This document shows, piece after piece, positions 48,469-57,319 of a stretch of DNA of 64,000 nt. The stretch's first letter is position 1, and the number at the start of each line of letters is the position of its first letter. Both the position numbers and the translations under genes were made by a program. The stretch spans positions 5,280,001-5,344,000 of the forward strand of contig OZ242029.1 in the NCBI GenBank assembly GCA_965205015.1. Reading direction: 5' to 3'. Source of the DNA: Candidatus Poribacteria bacterium. Its GTDB lineage: Bacteria > Poribacteria > WGA-4E > WGA-3G. The notes below the pieces were generated by a model that was not told where the DNA came from, made no database searches, and saw only the letters and a program-made list of their open reading frames with translations.

Positions 48469-48996
48469 TCATGGTGAATCACTTTGAAGTGGTGGTAAGT
48501 CCGATTCACTAAAATCAAGCGTGAAAGTCCTGGAATATTCTTTGCCTTGTAAGTCCTCGTAAGTGACATCAATATCAATTGGCACTTGGCTCAAATCGAC
48601 GGATTCAGTTAACCGACTGACTTGATTACGCTCTATTTTCTGTCCAGGGGCAAGGAGTGCAATTCCCTTATTAAGAAATCCAATCTGATTAAGGGGTATG
48701 CCTCCGTGAGGCGTGAAATCAATGGGGACTTCAAACTTGATTTTACGGGCAACTCCTGTACCTACGTTTTCTACACAAAGTGTGGCCACAGTGATTTCAA
48801 AAATGCCTTGATTTAACTCTCTCTCACTTACAAGACCACTGATTACCTTCTCGCGAAGTAGATAGACTATAATTTCAGGTTTGTTGGCAGTATCTACGAG
48901 TTTCCTCGTCAGATAGGCGTACCAACCTGTGATGATCACCAGCACAAAAGTCGAAATTACAGTAAGCGCGCCACTGTTGTCATTCAACCACTCCAT
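48469..48996 (-). CDS. Hypothetical protein with N-terminal TM
   Basis: WLNDNSGAL..ISTFVLVIITGWYAYLT; ENVGTGVA; VTYEDLQGKEY. Confidence 0.7.
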   Translation of the reverse strand: MEWLNDNSGALTVISTFVLVIITGWYAYLTRKLVDTANKPEIIVYLLREKVISGLVSERELNQGIFEITVATLCVENVGTGVARKIKFEVPIDFTPHGGIPLNQIGFLNKGIALLAPGQKIERNQVSRLTESVDLSQVPIDIDVTYEDLQGKEYSRTFTLDFSESDLPPLQSDSP

Positions 48997-49002
48997 TATG
49001 CA

Positions 49003-49236
49003 TTAGATCTCCATGGCTATATTCTTCACTTCGCTCCGAATGACAGAATCTGTTTCTCGGTTAACGACGCGAAACTCAATCTGAATCTGACCATTTTCAT
49101 CGGCATAACGGAGGATGTTGGGGTCATTGACGTTAACCTGCATATACTCGTTGACATAACATTCCACAACGATGGGTTCATTCCTGTCGTTTGGATATGT
49201 TATCTTTACATTTTTATGGAATTGTTGTTCGTTCAT
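49003..49236 (-). CDS. Small hypothetical protein
   Basis: 77-aa ORF co-oriented with and 6 bp from the next gene; AGGT RBS. Confidence 0.5.
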   Translation of the reverse strand: MNEQQFHKNVKITYPNDRNEPIVVECYVNEYMQVNVNDPNILRYADENGQIQIEFRVVNRETDSVIRSEVKNIAMEI

Positions 49237-49394
49237 TTGTTATACCTACTATAGAAGCTTAACAATTATGGCAGCAACGATGCCGGTAACAGTTACAGCT
49301 ATTGTTACAGTCCACTGCAAGCATTTTTCTAATCTGTTTATCAATTCTTCAGCGTCAAAACTCCGTCCTTTAGGTCGGAGATGTAGACGCTGCT

Positions 49395-50402
49395 TTAGGA
49401 GTATCTAAAGTTGAGTTTTCTCAAAACCTGATAGGTATTCGGTTTAGCCGTGAGAATAATCTGTTTGCTGCTGTGAATTTCACTCAGGGTCAAGCATCCT
49501 TTTTGATGTCCTGTGACGCGTAGAAGTCCTTTTTTAACATGCCTCACTAATGTATTCTTCGCAACACCAAGACAGGTCGTGCCTCCATAACGAGGGCGTT
49601 TGCCACCTTTCTGTGGATTCTGTCTGTGGAGTTCACGCCTGCGTATCGGTATTGGCGATATACAGAAGATTGAAATATTGTCCACAATCGGGTTGCCTCC
49701 GACTATCTGATATGATAGGCACCAACTATCGACACAATGTGCCTCAAACGTCTCTGATAGTTTATGCGACGACTTCTTGAGACCTAATCTATCTCGTATC
49801 TCCTTTGTTTCCCACCCTTGAAAGGTTCGTAGGTGCCAACGCTTCTGAACTTCAGCGTAGAACCCCTGCTTACCCACTTCCAAGGGACTAAAGGATTTAT
49901 TCCACTTTTTCGCATGTTCTATCGTCCGTGCTTGAATACCCTCAACACATACATGTGTGATTGGATACAGTTTGGATAACCACTGTAGTATACGCAACTT
50001 CCACGCCCATCTTGCGCGTGTGCCTGCGGGGATACGGTCTTTGTTGGCAAGCCGATTCGTCCGATTCTTTCTATTCGGACACTTACGCGACCGACGACCT
50101 CTCCGCAACTCACGACGCTTTTCTATCTTCTTACCGACTTTGTTGTGTGCATCCGCTTGCACATTCAGATATGTATGGGACTCACTTTTAACCGTAAAAC
50201 CCTCTTTCTTACTGCCAGGGTCTACGCCTACAGCAATCTCTTGCTTGTAATAGCGTTCCCGCACTTCTTTGTTAAGCCTGATACAGAAAATACCATTATT
50301 CCAATAAGGCGTGGCTTCTCCACTTTTAATCAAATGCCTTGCTACGGGGGGAATGGTAGGCATTAGGGGTATATGTTGCCCCATCCAGATCACGGTATCC
50401 AA
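49395..50402 (-). CDS. isrB: IsrB-like RNA-guided nickase (RRXRR/IscB family lacking HNH); start uncertain
   Basis: PLMP, RuvC-I GVDPG, Arg-rich bridge helix RRELRRGRRSR, RuvC-II CVE, RuvC-III HCVD; about 330 aa with no HNH. Confidence 0.85.
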   Translation of the reverse strand: MDTVIWMGQHIPLMPTIPPVARHLIKSGEATPYWNNGIFCIRLNKEVRERYYKQEIAVGVDPGSKKEGFTVKSESHTYLNVQADAHNKVGKKIEKRRELRRGRRSRKCPNRKNRTNRLANKDRIPAGTRARWAWKLRILQWLSKLYPITHVCVEGIQARTIEHAKKWNKSFSPLEVGKQGFYAEVQKRWHLRTFQGWETKEIRDRLGLKKSSHKLSETFEAHCVDSWCLSYQIVGGNPIVDNISIFCISPIPIRRRELHRQNPQKGGKRPRYGGTTCLGVAKNTLVRHVKKGLLRVTGHQKGCLTLSEIHSSKQIILTAKPNTYQVLRKLNFRYS

Positions 50403-50669
50403 GAGGAATCAGACTTGGGGAGCATCCGATACATCGTGTTGGCTACCACGCCAAGATACCATGATATTTTACTGTAGTCGATGGTTTATAGTAAAGTTTA
50501 GAATTAATTAGACACTTTAAAGAGGCGAGGATACAATCCTCGCCAGCGGCGGAGAGGATTGTTTCGCTAAGCAACTGTCTACATATTTTTCGACTTTACT
50601 ATAACTTGTGAAGTGGACGATTGGTATACGCTTTGCACAAGCCTCGTCCTTTAGGACGAGGTCACTGAC
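50370..50669 (-). ncRNA. omegaRNA (HEARO-like) scaffold of IsrB, interrupted by a MITE
   Basis: Starts GTCAGTGACCTCGTCCTAAAGGACGAGGCTTGTG; GGCTTGTG/CACAAGTT stem; GGATGCTCCCCAAGTC loop able to pair with downstream TGGGG (pseudoknot). Confidence 0.75.
50487..50603 (-). mobile_element. 117-bp MITE-like element with 28-bp imperfect TIRs and TA ends
   Basis: TATAGTAAAGTTTAGAATTAATTAGACA versus TATAGTAAAGTCGAAAAATATGTAGACA (22/28 matches); internal GGCGAGGATACAATCCTCGCC hairpin. Confidence 0.8.
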
Positions 50670-50688
50670 AATACTCTTTGTTAAGGAC

Positions 50689-50718
50689 ATAGTAACATAC
50701 CCTCGCGTGGATTGTCAA
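50689..50718 (-). promoter_or_regulatory. Putative sigma70 promoter just upstream of the omegaRNA
   Basis: TTGACA-N18-TACTAT with TG extended -10. Confidence 0.55.
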
Positions 50719-50731
50719 CGAAAAAATTATA

Positions 50732-52708
50732 TCAACCGGGCAACAAACGATACCCGATGCCGGTCATGAGTCCAACAACGATCCAGATACCGCCGATGAA
50801 GCACTCGCCTAATACAATCCCTAACACAAAAGGACGGAGTTTGCGGTAGAGGGTAACGCCCCCGAACTTCAGAACAGTGTATTTGAATAGCCAACCGATG
50901 AAGAATGAACCCCAAAAACAGAAGGACGCATAACTCGTTATCAGGAGGTATCCGATCGGATGCAGTTTCCACCAGAGATAATGATGTCGCATCCAGAGCA
51001 TTCCGAACATCGTGGCACCGCCGAAGATGAACGAACCGAGCCGTTCCAATTCAATGCCGGTTGGATTTTGGAGGATGCTCGTGAGGCGGGTGAACGGGAC
51101 GGTTGTAGAGATCATATAGGTCCAGTGTTGCAAGTTCACTGCACCGTGCGTATAGGCAAGGTCTAAGGACGTATAGTAAGAGACTCCCATCGCCAAAACG
51201 ATTGCGATCCCCATCGCAAGCAGAAACGGTCGCTGCTTGAGACGGAGCGGTTCCGCGAGTTTGAAGTTGTTCATCACGCCCGGCATCAGGATTTCCCGCA
51301 TATCGAACATCAAGACGCGTTCGTATGCGACCAGGGTCCAACTCGGCGCGTTCACACGAGAACTGCCGAACAACGTAATCAGGAATTCACCCGGTAGGAA
51401 GGAGTAGATGATAAACAGCAAGCCACCGTTCGCAACCATCCACGTTCCGACCGTCGTTATGGCGAGGAAAATCCCGAGCATCACGAGTGCCACCCACACA
51501 CTCATCCCTGCCAGCCTACATATCAGGGTCAGTAGCAGGATGCCAACGATTAAGCCACCTACCGCCCAAACGTAAGGTAGCGGTTCGTTGGAATCATCAC
51601 TCACCCGTTTCCCAAAAATGGTAGCGAATGCCCGACCGAAGTGACGTTTGCCGATGAAGAGGATGAATCCGATAAAGACGAGCAGCCCACCCATCTGTTG
51701 ATTCTGGTGGAAGTTCCACTGATTCACTTTCGAGCCTGTCGCGTAGATAAGCACCGTCTCCATCTTTCCGAGCAGGAAAAAGAACCAGAAACTAAACGAG
51801 ATTTCGAGGGTCAGCAGATAGACGATAGCGACGATCGAGGGATAGATAAACAGATGCACCGTGGGCCACCACCCCAGCGCGGAGAGCGGTTTTTCGGTGA
51901 AGAATTGGGCAATCGGGAAATCGAGAGGCGGCCTCGGAAAGGCTGGGAAGTACGAATGTAGGCCTCTCAAGCCGTGCAATATAACCGGCAGCATGAAACC
52001 GAACCACATCAGCCGCGATTTGAAGAACCGATTCAATAAGGCACCCCCTGAAGGGGATTGCAACATCTCCTGTGGCAATTGAACGATCGGAAATGTGAAG
52101 CGTTCGTGTTCTACCCACTGCTTGCGGAGGAGCACTGTCCAGCAGATGGTAACGAAATAAAAAATCAGGACAAACGCACTCCACCCGACAATCGGCTTCA
52201 ACCATGCCCGCCACGGGATCGAATCGCCTTCCGGTAATTGTTCATAAAAATAGAAAACTGCTTTCGGATCTTTTACGATCATCCAGTCCGGAAGGTGCTG
52301 ATGAAAGAGGGTGATCCACTCGTTTTCGGCGGTTGCGAAGTAGACTGGACTGACAGCGAGTGGGACGAGGTATCGCATCAGCCCCGAGGATGGGATACCC
52401 GATGCGACCACCATCATCCCCCAGATAATGAGGAGTTCGCTACCTTGCAATTCGATGCCGGGTTTCAATCTTTTCAGGAGCACATTGACACTCAGGACGA
52501 AGACCAGCATTACGAAGACAACGGCGATCGGCAAGTGGTTTCCGGCAAGGTAGGTGCTGCCGACGTGGAAATCGTTATACGGAGTGGCGAAGCATTGGCA
52601 TATCACCCCACCCATACCGATGAGCACACTCCGTAGGGTGAGTCCAGTGTGAGCAGGATAGGGGGTTTGCGGAAAATTTTGGGGATGAGATGTGGCTGGA
52701 GATGTCAT
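50732..52708 (-). CDS. DUF6785/DUF6784-type polytopic membrane protein
   Basis: ELLIIW, FATAENEW, RKQWVEHERFTFPIVQLP, LHPIGY, KFGG..LYR..RPF.LGIVLGE; paralog at 58127-60013. Confidence 0.72.
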   Translation of the reverse strand: MTSPATSHPQNFPQTPYPAHTGLTLRSVLIGMGGVICQCFATPYNDFHVGSTYLAGNHLPIAVVFVMLVFVLSVNVLLKRLKPGIELQGSELLIIWGMMVVASGIPSSGLMRYLVPLAVSPVYFATAENEWITLFHQHLPDWMIVKDPKAVFYFYEQLPEGDSIPWRAWLKPIVGWSAFVLIFYFVTICWTVLLRKQWVEHERFTFPIVQLPQEMLQSPSGGALLNRFFKSRLMWFGFMLPVILHGLRGLHSYFPAFPRPPLDFPIAQFFTEKPLSALGWWPTVHLFIYPSIVAIVYLLTLEISFSFWFFFLLGKMETVLIYATGSKVNQWNFHQNQQMGGLLVFIGFILFIGKRHFGRAFATIFGKRVSDDSNEPLPYVWAVGGLIVGILLLTLICRLAGMSVWVALVMLGIFLAITTVGTWMVANGGLLFIIYSFLPGEFLITLFGSSRVNAPSWTLVAYERVLMFDMREILMPGVMNNFKLAEPLRLKQRPFLLAMGIAIVLAMGVSYYTSLDLAYTHGAVNLQHWTYMISTTVPFTRLTSILQNPTGIELERLGSFIFGGATMFGMLWMRHHYLWWKLHPIGYLLITSYASFCFWGSFFIGWLFKYTVLKFGGVTLYRKLRPFVLGIVLGECFIGGIWIVVGLMTGIGYRLLPG

Positions 52709-52734
52709 AGAAGGCGTGTATCAGTCGATTAAGA

Positions 52735-53958
52735 TCAGTGCCGTAAATCAAATACTGTTTTCACTGTAGCAGTTTTTCCCGTGTTCAGGGCAGTTTGGAT
52801 AGCATGTTTGTAATCTCGCAATGGAAAGAGCGTGCTGACCAGTGGACGCAAATGCGATTCCATCTTTTGAAGGAGACGCATACCGAGTGTGAAGGTATGA
52901 ATCTGTTCGTTGTTGTGGGTTTCGAGTCCATATGTATAGGCACCCGTTACGCGCAGTTGTTTATACCAGATCGAAGTCCAGTCAACGTTTTTCGGGATTC
53001 CCGGCATACCGACCAAGATGACTTCACCACCTGCACGGGTGAAACGGAGCGCGTCGTCTATGGTGACGCTGGAGCCGATGCAGTCGAAGGTAACGTCCAC
53101 ACCCCCAATCAATACCTGTTGTCCCAACTCCGGTTGATGCGAAGTCGCGCCTGTGCGTTCACAGAACGCGGCATATCGATCGCTGTTCGGTGATAGGATG
53201 TCATCCGCGCCGAGTTCGTGTGCCAATTGCTGTTGATGCGGATATTTGGCGAAGATAATGATTCGGTTGCGGTGTCCGAGGATCCGGAGTGCCGCGACGG
53301 TGAGCAATCCAATCGTGCCACCCCCGATGATACAGATAGTCGCTGTCCTATCGGATGGAATTTTCAGAACGCCGTGTAGCGCACACGCAAAGGGTTCGAG
53401 GAGCACCGCGGTTTCATCCGAAATAGCGTCAGGAACGGGATGAAGTTGCGATGGGTGTGCGAGAACGTATTGACTCCATCCGCCACCTGTATCGCGGCAA
53501 TAGCCTGTTTGAACCCCCGCAGAGATGTCTCCTTTTGTGATGTTTTCACAGTTGGCGAAACGTTGATTTCGGCATTGATGACACGGTGGCGAAATCCCTC
53601 GCACTGGACACGACAGTGCCGGTTCGATTACCACCCGTGTGCCGACGGGGAACCCCTCCACCGCAGCACCCGTCTCCGCGACTTCACCAACGATTTCATG
53701 TCCTAATACAAAAGGCGTCGACGTGAACGGCGAAAAGTAGGGACTCCCTTTCGCAGTGATTGTCGCTAAATCGGAGCCACAGATACCGCTGAGTCGGGTT
53801 CTGACTTTGACCCATTCAGGCGTTGGCAGTTGTGGCTCCGGAATATCAACGAGACGCGTGCAGGAGAACGGAGACGTATAAAGGCTTCGCCACCGTTTTC
53901 CAAGGTAGCGCATTGCCAGATAACGCGGGATGCTTTTGGTGTATTGAATCGCTTCCAC
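52735..53958 (-). CDS. Zinc-binding alcohol dehydrogenase family protein
   Basis: SGICGSD, LGHEIVG, C......C..C......C, GGGTIG. Confidence 0.88.
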   Translation of the reverse strand: MEAIQYTKSIPRYLAMRYLGKRWRSLYTSPFSCTRLVDIPEPQLPTPEWVKVRTRLSGICGSDLATITAKGSPYFSPFTSTPFVLGHEIVGEVAETGAAVEGFPVGTRVVIEPALSCPVRGISPPCHQCRNQRFANCENITKGDISAGVQTGYCRDTGGGWSQYVLAHPSQLHPVPDAISDETAVLLEPFACALHGVLKIPSDRTATICIIGGGTIGLLTVAALRILGHRNRIIIFAKYPHQQQLAHELGADDILSPNSDRYAAFCERTGATSHQPELGQQVLIGGVDVTFDCIGSSVTIDDALRFTRAGGEVILVGMPGIPKNVDWTSIWYKQLRVTGAYTYGLETHNNEQIHTFTLGMRLLQKMESHLRPLVSTLFPLRDYKHAIQTALNTGKTATVKTVFDLRH

Positions 53959-53967
53959 AGTGCTATA

Positions 53968-55161
53968 TTAGTTCGCTTCTGACTGATAATACGCCGTCAA
54001 AATCTCCGCGACTTCGGGTCGTGAAATTTCTGGGGGGAGGGGTTCGCCAGCGGCGAGCATCTCACGCAATTTTGTCCCAGAGATCTCGAAATAATCGTCT
54101 GCATCGTGCGGGTAGTCGCGCATCATGATGATTTTATTGCGCTTTTTGCTCCATACGGTGAAATCACCACGGAAGATACCGATTTCGAGTGCGTCTTCAG
54201 GGATTGTGTCGAAAATCTCCTGTGCATCGAATGCGCCGTAGTAGTCGCCTGCGCCTGCGTGGTCGCGTCCGACGATGAAGTGCGAGGCACCGCAATTCTG
54301 ACGGAAGACGGCATGGAGGAGTGCCTCTCTCGGTCCAGCATAGAGCATATCGAACCCGTAACCGGTGATAGAGACGGTATTTTCAGGGAAATAGTGTTCC
54401 ACCATCGTACGGATGCAAGCATCACGAACAGCAGCGGGAATGTCCCCAGGCTTTAGCTTACCGAGAAGCATATGAATGAGAATACCATCGGCATTGACTG
54501 CCTCTTGTGCGATTTTGCAGAGTCCCTCATGGGCACGGTGCATCGGATTCCGTGTCTGGAAAGCGACGACGGTGTCCCATCCGCGCGCAGCGATGTCTTC
54601 ACGAATCTCGACGGCTGTGCGGAAGGTGTCCGGGAAATCTTCTCGGAAATAGGAGTAGTTCAGTACCTCGATCGGACCTGAAAGGACATTGTCTCCGACA
54701 TTTGCAAAAGCCGGGACACCTGGGTGCGCAGGGTCAGTCGTTCCAAAGGTCTTTTCAATGAGGAGTTGTTTCTGTTCTGTTGAGAGTGTCTCGATTGCCG
54801 AAACCTTCATAATAGCAATCGGCGGGTTGCCTTCGACGTTCGGATCGCGTAGCGCAATTCTATCGGCGTTCTTTACGGTATCCGTAAGCTGCTCCGATGG
54901 GACGATGTTCATCACGGGGACGGGCCAGAAGAGTCCGTTCGACAGTTTCATATCTGTTGCGACGCTCGTCGCTTCAGCGATATTCATATAGCCCGTAAGC
55001 GGCGTAAAGTACCCTGACGCCAGCATAACGGCTGATGCAGCGGCACCTGAAGATAACAGGACAGACGGGAGTTGCTCCGCCTCTTGAGTGAGTTCGGCAC
55101 GTTGTGCATCATCCGAAACGTAAAGCGGTTTTAAGGTCTCGGCTCCATGGGGTTTAATCAT
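53968..55161 (-). CDS. sat: Sulfate adenylyltransferase (ATP sulfurylase)
   Basis: VAFQTRNPMHRAH, MLYAGPREA, HFIVGRDHAG, ISGTKLREML, SRPEVA. Confidence 0.96.
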   Translation of the reverse strand: MIKPHGAETLKPLYVSDDAQRAELTQEAEQLPSVLLSSGAAASAVMLASGYFTPLTGYMNIAEATSVATDMKLSNGLFWPVPVMNIVPSEQLTDTVKNADRIALRDPNVEGNPPIAIMKVSAIETLSTEQKQLLIEKTFGTTDPAHPGVPAFANVGDNVLSGPIEVLNYSYFREDFPDTFRTAVEIREDIAARGWDTVVAFQTRNPMHRAHEGLCKIAQEAVNADGILIHMLLGKLKPGDIPAAVRDACIRTMVEHYFPENTVSITGYGFDMLYAGPREALLHAVFRQNCGASHFIVGRDHAGAGDYYGAFDAQEIFDTIPEDALEIGIFRGDFTVWSKKRNKIIMMRDYPHDADDYFEISGTKLREMLAAGEPLPPEISRPEVAEILTAYYQSEAN

Positions 55162-55190
55162 CTGTTTCTAACATCTCCTTACTTAATAGT

Positions 55191-57290
55191 TTAAAAAATT
55201 TGTTCGACTGTACAGCCGTTCCAAATCCAAAAATGGTTTTTGTTGTTCCAGTCATCTTCGGGACGCACCCGATCTTTGGGGGTAAAGATGACTTGAGTGA
55301 GGGAACCCTCTGTGATTTCTACTGTATAGGTGTGTTGAAGCACGTCATCGTCTTCTGATATTGTCAAGTTCTTAAGGACTCGCGTCCCGTTTGCTAATAG
55401 ATTGAGAGTATGCGTGGCATTTCCTCTTCCAGCGAAGGTGTTGGTTACGCGGTAGTTTCCATTGGGCAGATCGATTTTAAAGGCGGCATCTTCTTCACTC
55501 CAGACGGCATCCCGTGCAAGCTCTGTTTTATTTCTGTTGCCTCGGTAGCCTTCGTGTGGGGATCGCGTGTCCCATCCGAATTTACCGCTCTGATATTCTG
55601 TATTCGGTCCAATAGCATGATGGTCTAAGGCGGTTGGACTGCCGTTGGGTTGCATGTCGAAATGGATTATCAAGTTGCCTTCATCCGTTTTGTCCCACAC
55701 ATCGAGCATCGGTCCCGAGGTCCGCTTTTTTCTGTAGATCTGGAGGTGTTCCGTTTCGTGAATAATTTCATAATTGGCGGTTTCCCTGCGGAATGCCTCC
55801 GTATCGGGTGGATACCATGCGATGAAATAGTCTATAGGTGCGTTCTCATTTTTGCGGTTTACCGGAAAATAATTGAAGGCGGCTTCGTAGTTTTCGAGAT
55901 GTCCCACGTCATTCGCATATACGCCGTAAAAGGCGGTGGAGTGTACAAACGGTGTGACGTATTTAACTTCGTTCTTCGAGATCCATTTACCCGCGTCCTT
56001 GTCGTAGTGTGCAAACGAGGCTTCCGATTTGTGCCAACCTGAACTGCGATGCCTAAAATTTGTATGCGGTTCTATCAGGTGTGTTCCTGATACGAGTTCA
56101 GTAATTTCTGAAGAAATGCGTCCGTGGTCGTAGGCAGTTATGCCACAGTGGATGAAACTGAAAACGATGAGGGAAGCTGTAAGCACGTAGCGAGGGAGTT
56201 TGTCCATGTTCGGAATTAACCATGCCGCCAACATCAACAGGATATAGAGATGAATCCGATCATTAATCCAACCGCCGGGTCCGTAGCTCCACGGAGCCCG
56301 AATGAACATGTAGGTAAATAGAAACGCGATCACTAAGAAGGCATCCGTCTGTTTCAGCCATTCCTTTCGATGAATTCGGTAGCCGATAGAGACAACGATT
56401 GCCACGCCTAACACAGCGAGTAGGAAATAGTTGACCGGAACGTGCCAGTCAGTGAAATAGACTATGGATTTAATGCCTAAGAAGTACTCCCAAACCCATT
56501 CCATGCCGCGATGGTTTCCTTCTTGATGCTGTTTCATGCTCTGCAGATAGTACTCTGTCAGCACAAAATACATCGGCACCATGTAGAGGAAGGAGCGAAA
56601 AAGCGGCTTAAGGCTAACGGCAAACTTTTGAAACACTGCGGGGGCACCTCCATTGCGTGCCTGCCACGCGGCTGCTACGGCAGGAGCACCCCACAAACAA
56701 CTGATTGCTACGGAGATTGCTAAGACGATGAGACCATAAGAAGCGATATGCGACAGATAGGTAAGCAGCAACAACACATAAAGTCCAATGAGATGCTTTA
56801 CTTGGATGTTGTCCTTATGCTTCCACCAGAATCCGAAGCTGAAGAAGAAGAACGAAATGCTCAGTTGGAAGTTGTAAAACCCCATGTAGAGCAGGTAGTT
56901 GTAAGCGAAAGGGAAACCGAGCCAGGCATACACATACTGCCCTTTTTCACCTCTGTGGACAGCATTGAGAAAATAGAAGAAAGCGAACGGGACCATGCCT
57001 ATCGCGATTGTCAGGAAGACCTTCTCGGCGATGACAGGGGGGAACACATACAGAAATGCTGCCAACATAATGTGAGACAGCCAATTCGGGAAGATCGTTA
57101 TATTCAGTTCCCACGCATCCCGCATCTTATAGTTTTCGTGTTTCCCATATTCCTTTAGCACCAAACCGTTGTAGACGTGGCTTGCACCGTCTTGCGAGGG
57201 GAAGTATGCAAAGATCCAGAGCGGGAGAATGTGGAGTAACAACAGCACCACAAATAGATGTTTCCACGACAAATTTCTCCAATTAAACAT
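55191..57290 (-). CDS. Polytopic membrane protein, probable GT-C-fold glycosyltransferase with C-terminal beta-sandwich
   Basis: SQDGASHVYN, PNW, MGFYNF, about 11 TMs; C-terminal FKIDLPNGNYRVT. Confidence 0.55.
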   Translation of the reverse strand: MFNWRNLSWKHLFVVLLLLHILPLWIFAYFPSQDGASHVYNGLVLKEYGKHENYKMRDAWELNITIFPNWLSHIMLAAFLYVFPPVIAEKVFLTIAIGMVPFAFFYFLNAVHRGEKGQYVYAWLGFPFAYNYLLYMGFYNFQLSISFFFFSFGFWWKHKDNIQVKHLIGLYVLLLLTYLSHIASYGLIVLAISVAISCLWGAPAVAAAWQARNGGAPAVFQKFAVSLKPLFRSFLYMVPMYFVLTEYYLQSMKQHQEGNHRGMEWVWEYFLGIKSIVYFTDWHVPVNYFLLAVLGVAIVVSIGYRIHRKEWLKQTDAFLVIAFLFTYMFIRAPWSYGPGGWINDRIHLYILLMLAAWLIPNMDKLPRYVLTASLIVFSFIHCGITAYDHGRISSEITELVSGTHLIEPHTNFRHRSSGWHKSEASFAHYDKDAGKWISKNEVKYVTPFVHSTAFYGVYANDVGHLENYEAAFNYFPVNRKNENAPIDYFIAWYPPDTEAFRRETANYEIIHETEHLQIYRKKRTSGPMLDVWDKTDEGNLIIHFDMQPNGSPTALDHHAIGPNTEYQSGKFGWDTRSPHEGYRGNRNKTELARDAVWSEEDAAFKIDLPNGNYRVTNTFAGRGNATHTLNLLANGTRVLKNLTISEDDDVLQHTYTVEITEGSLTQVIFTPKDRVRPEDDWNNKNHFWIWNGCTVEQIF

Positions 57291-57319
57291 ATTTTCCCTC
57301 CGATACAGGGGAGCACAGT

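Larger units (their letters stand above)
49342..50669 (-). mobile_element. Non-autonomous IS200/IS605-type OMEGA element (omegaRNA + isrB)
   Basis: Subterminal hairpins CCTCGTCCTAAAGGACGAGG (left) and CTCCGACCTAAAGGACGGAG (right); no tnpA; joining the flanks restores an ORF. Confidence 0.85.

Noticed and set aside
49395-50402. Calling the RRXRR protein IscB, Cas9 or TnpB
   Set aside because: No HNH between RuvC-II and RuvC-III, too short for IscB/Cas9, and has PLMP with no TnpB zinc finger; IsrB fits.
50622-50637. Sigma54-like motif TGGTATACGCTTTGCA on the + strand
   Set aside because: Lies within the omegaRNA loop, antisense to all local genes, with no gene downstream; probably chance.
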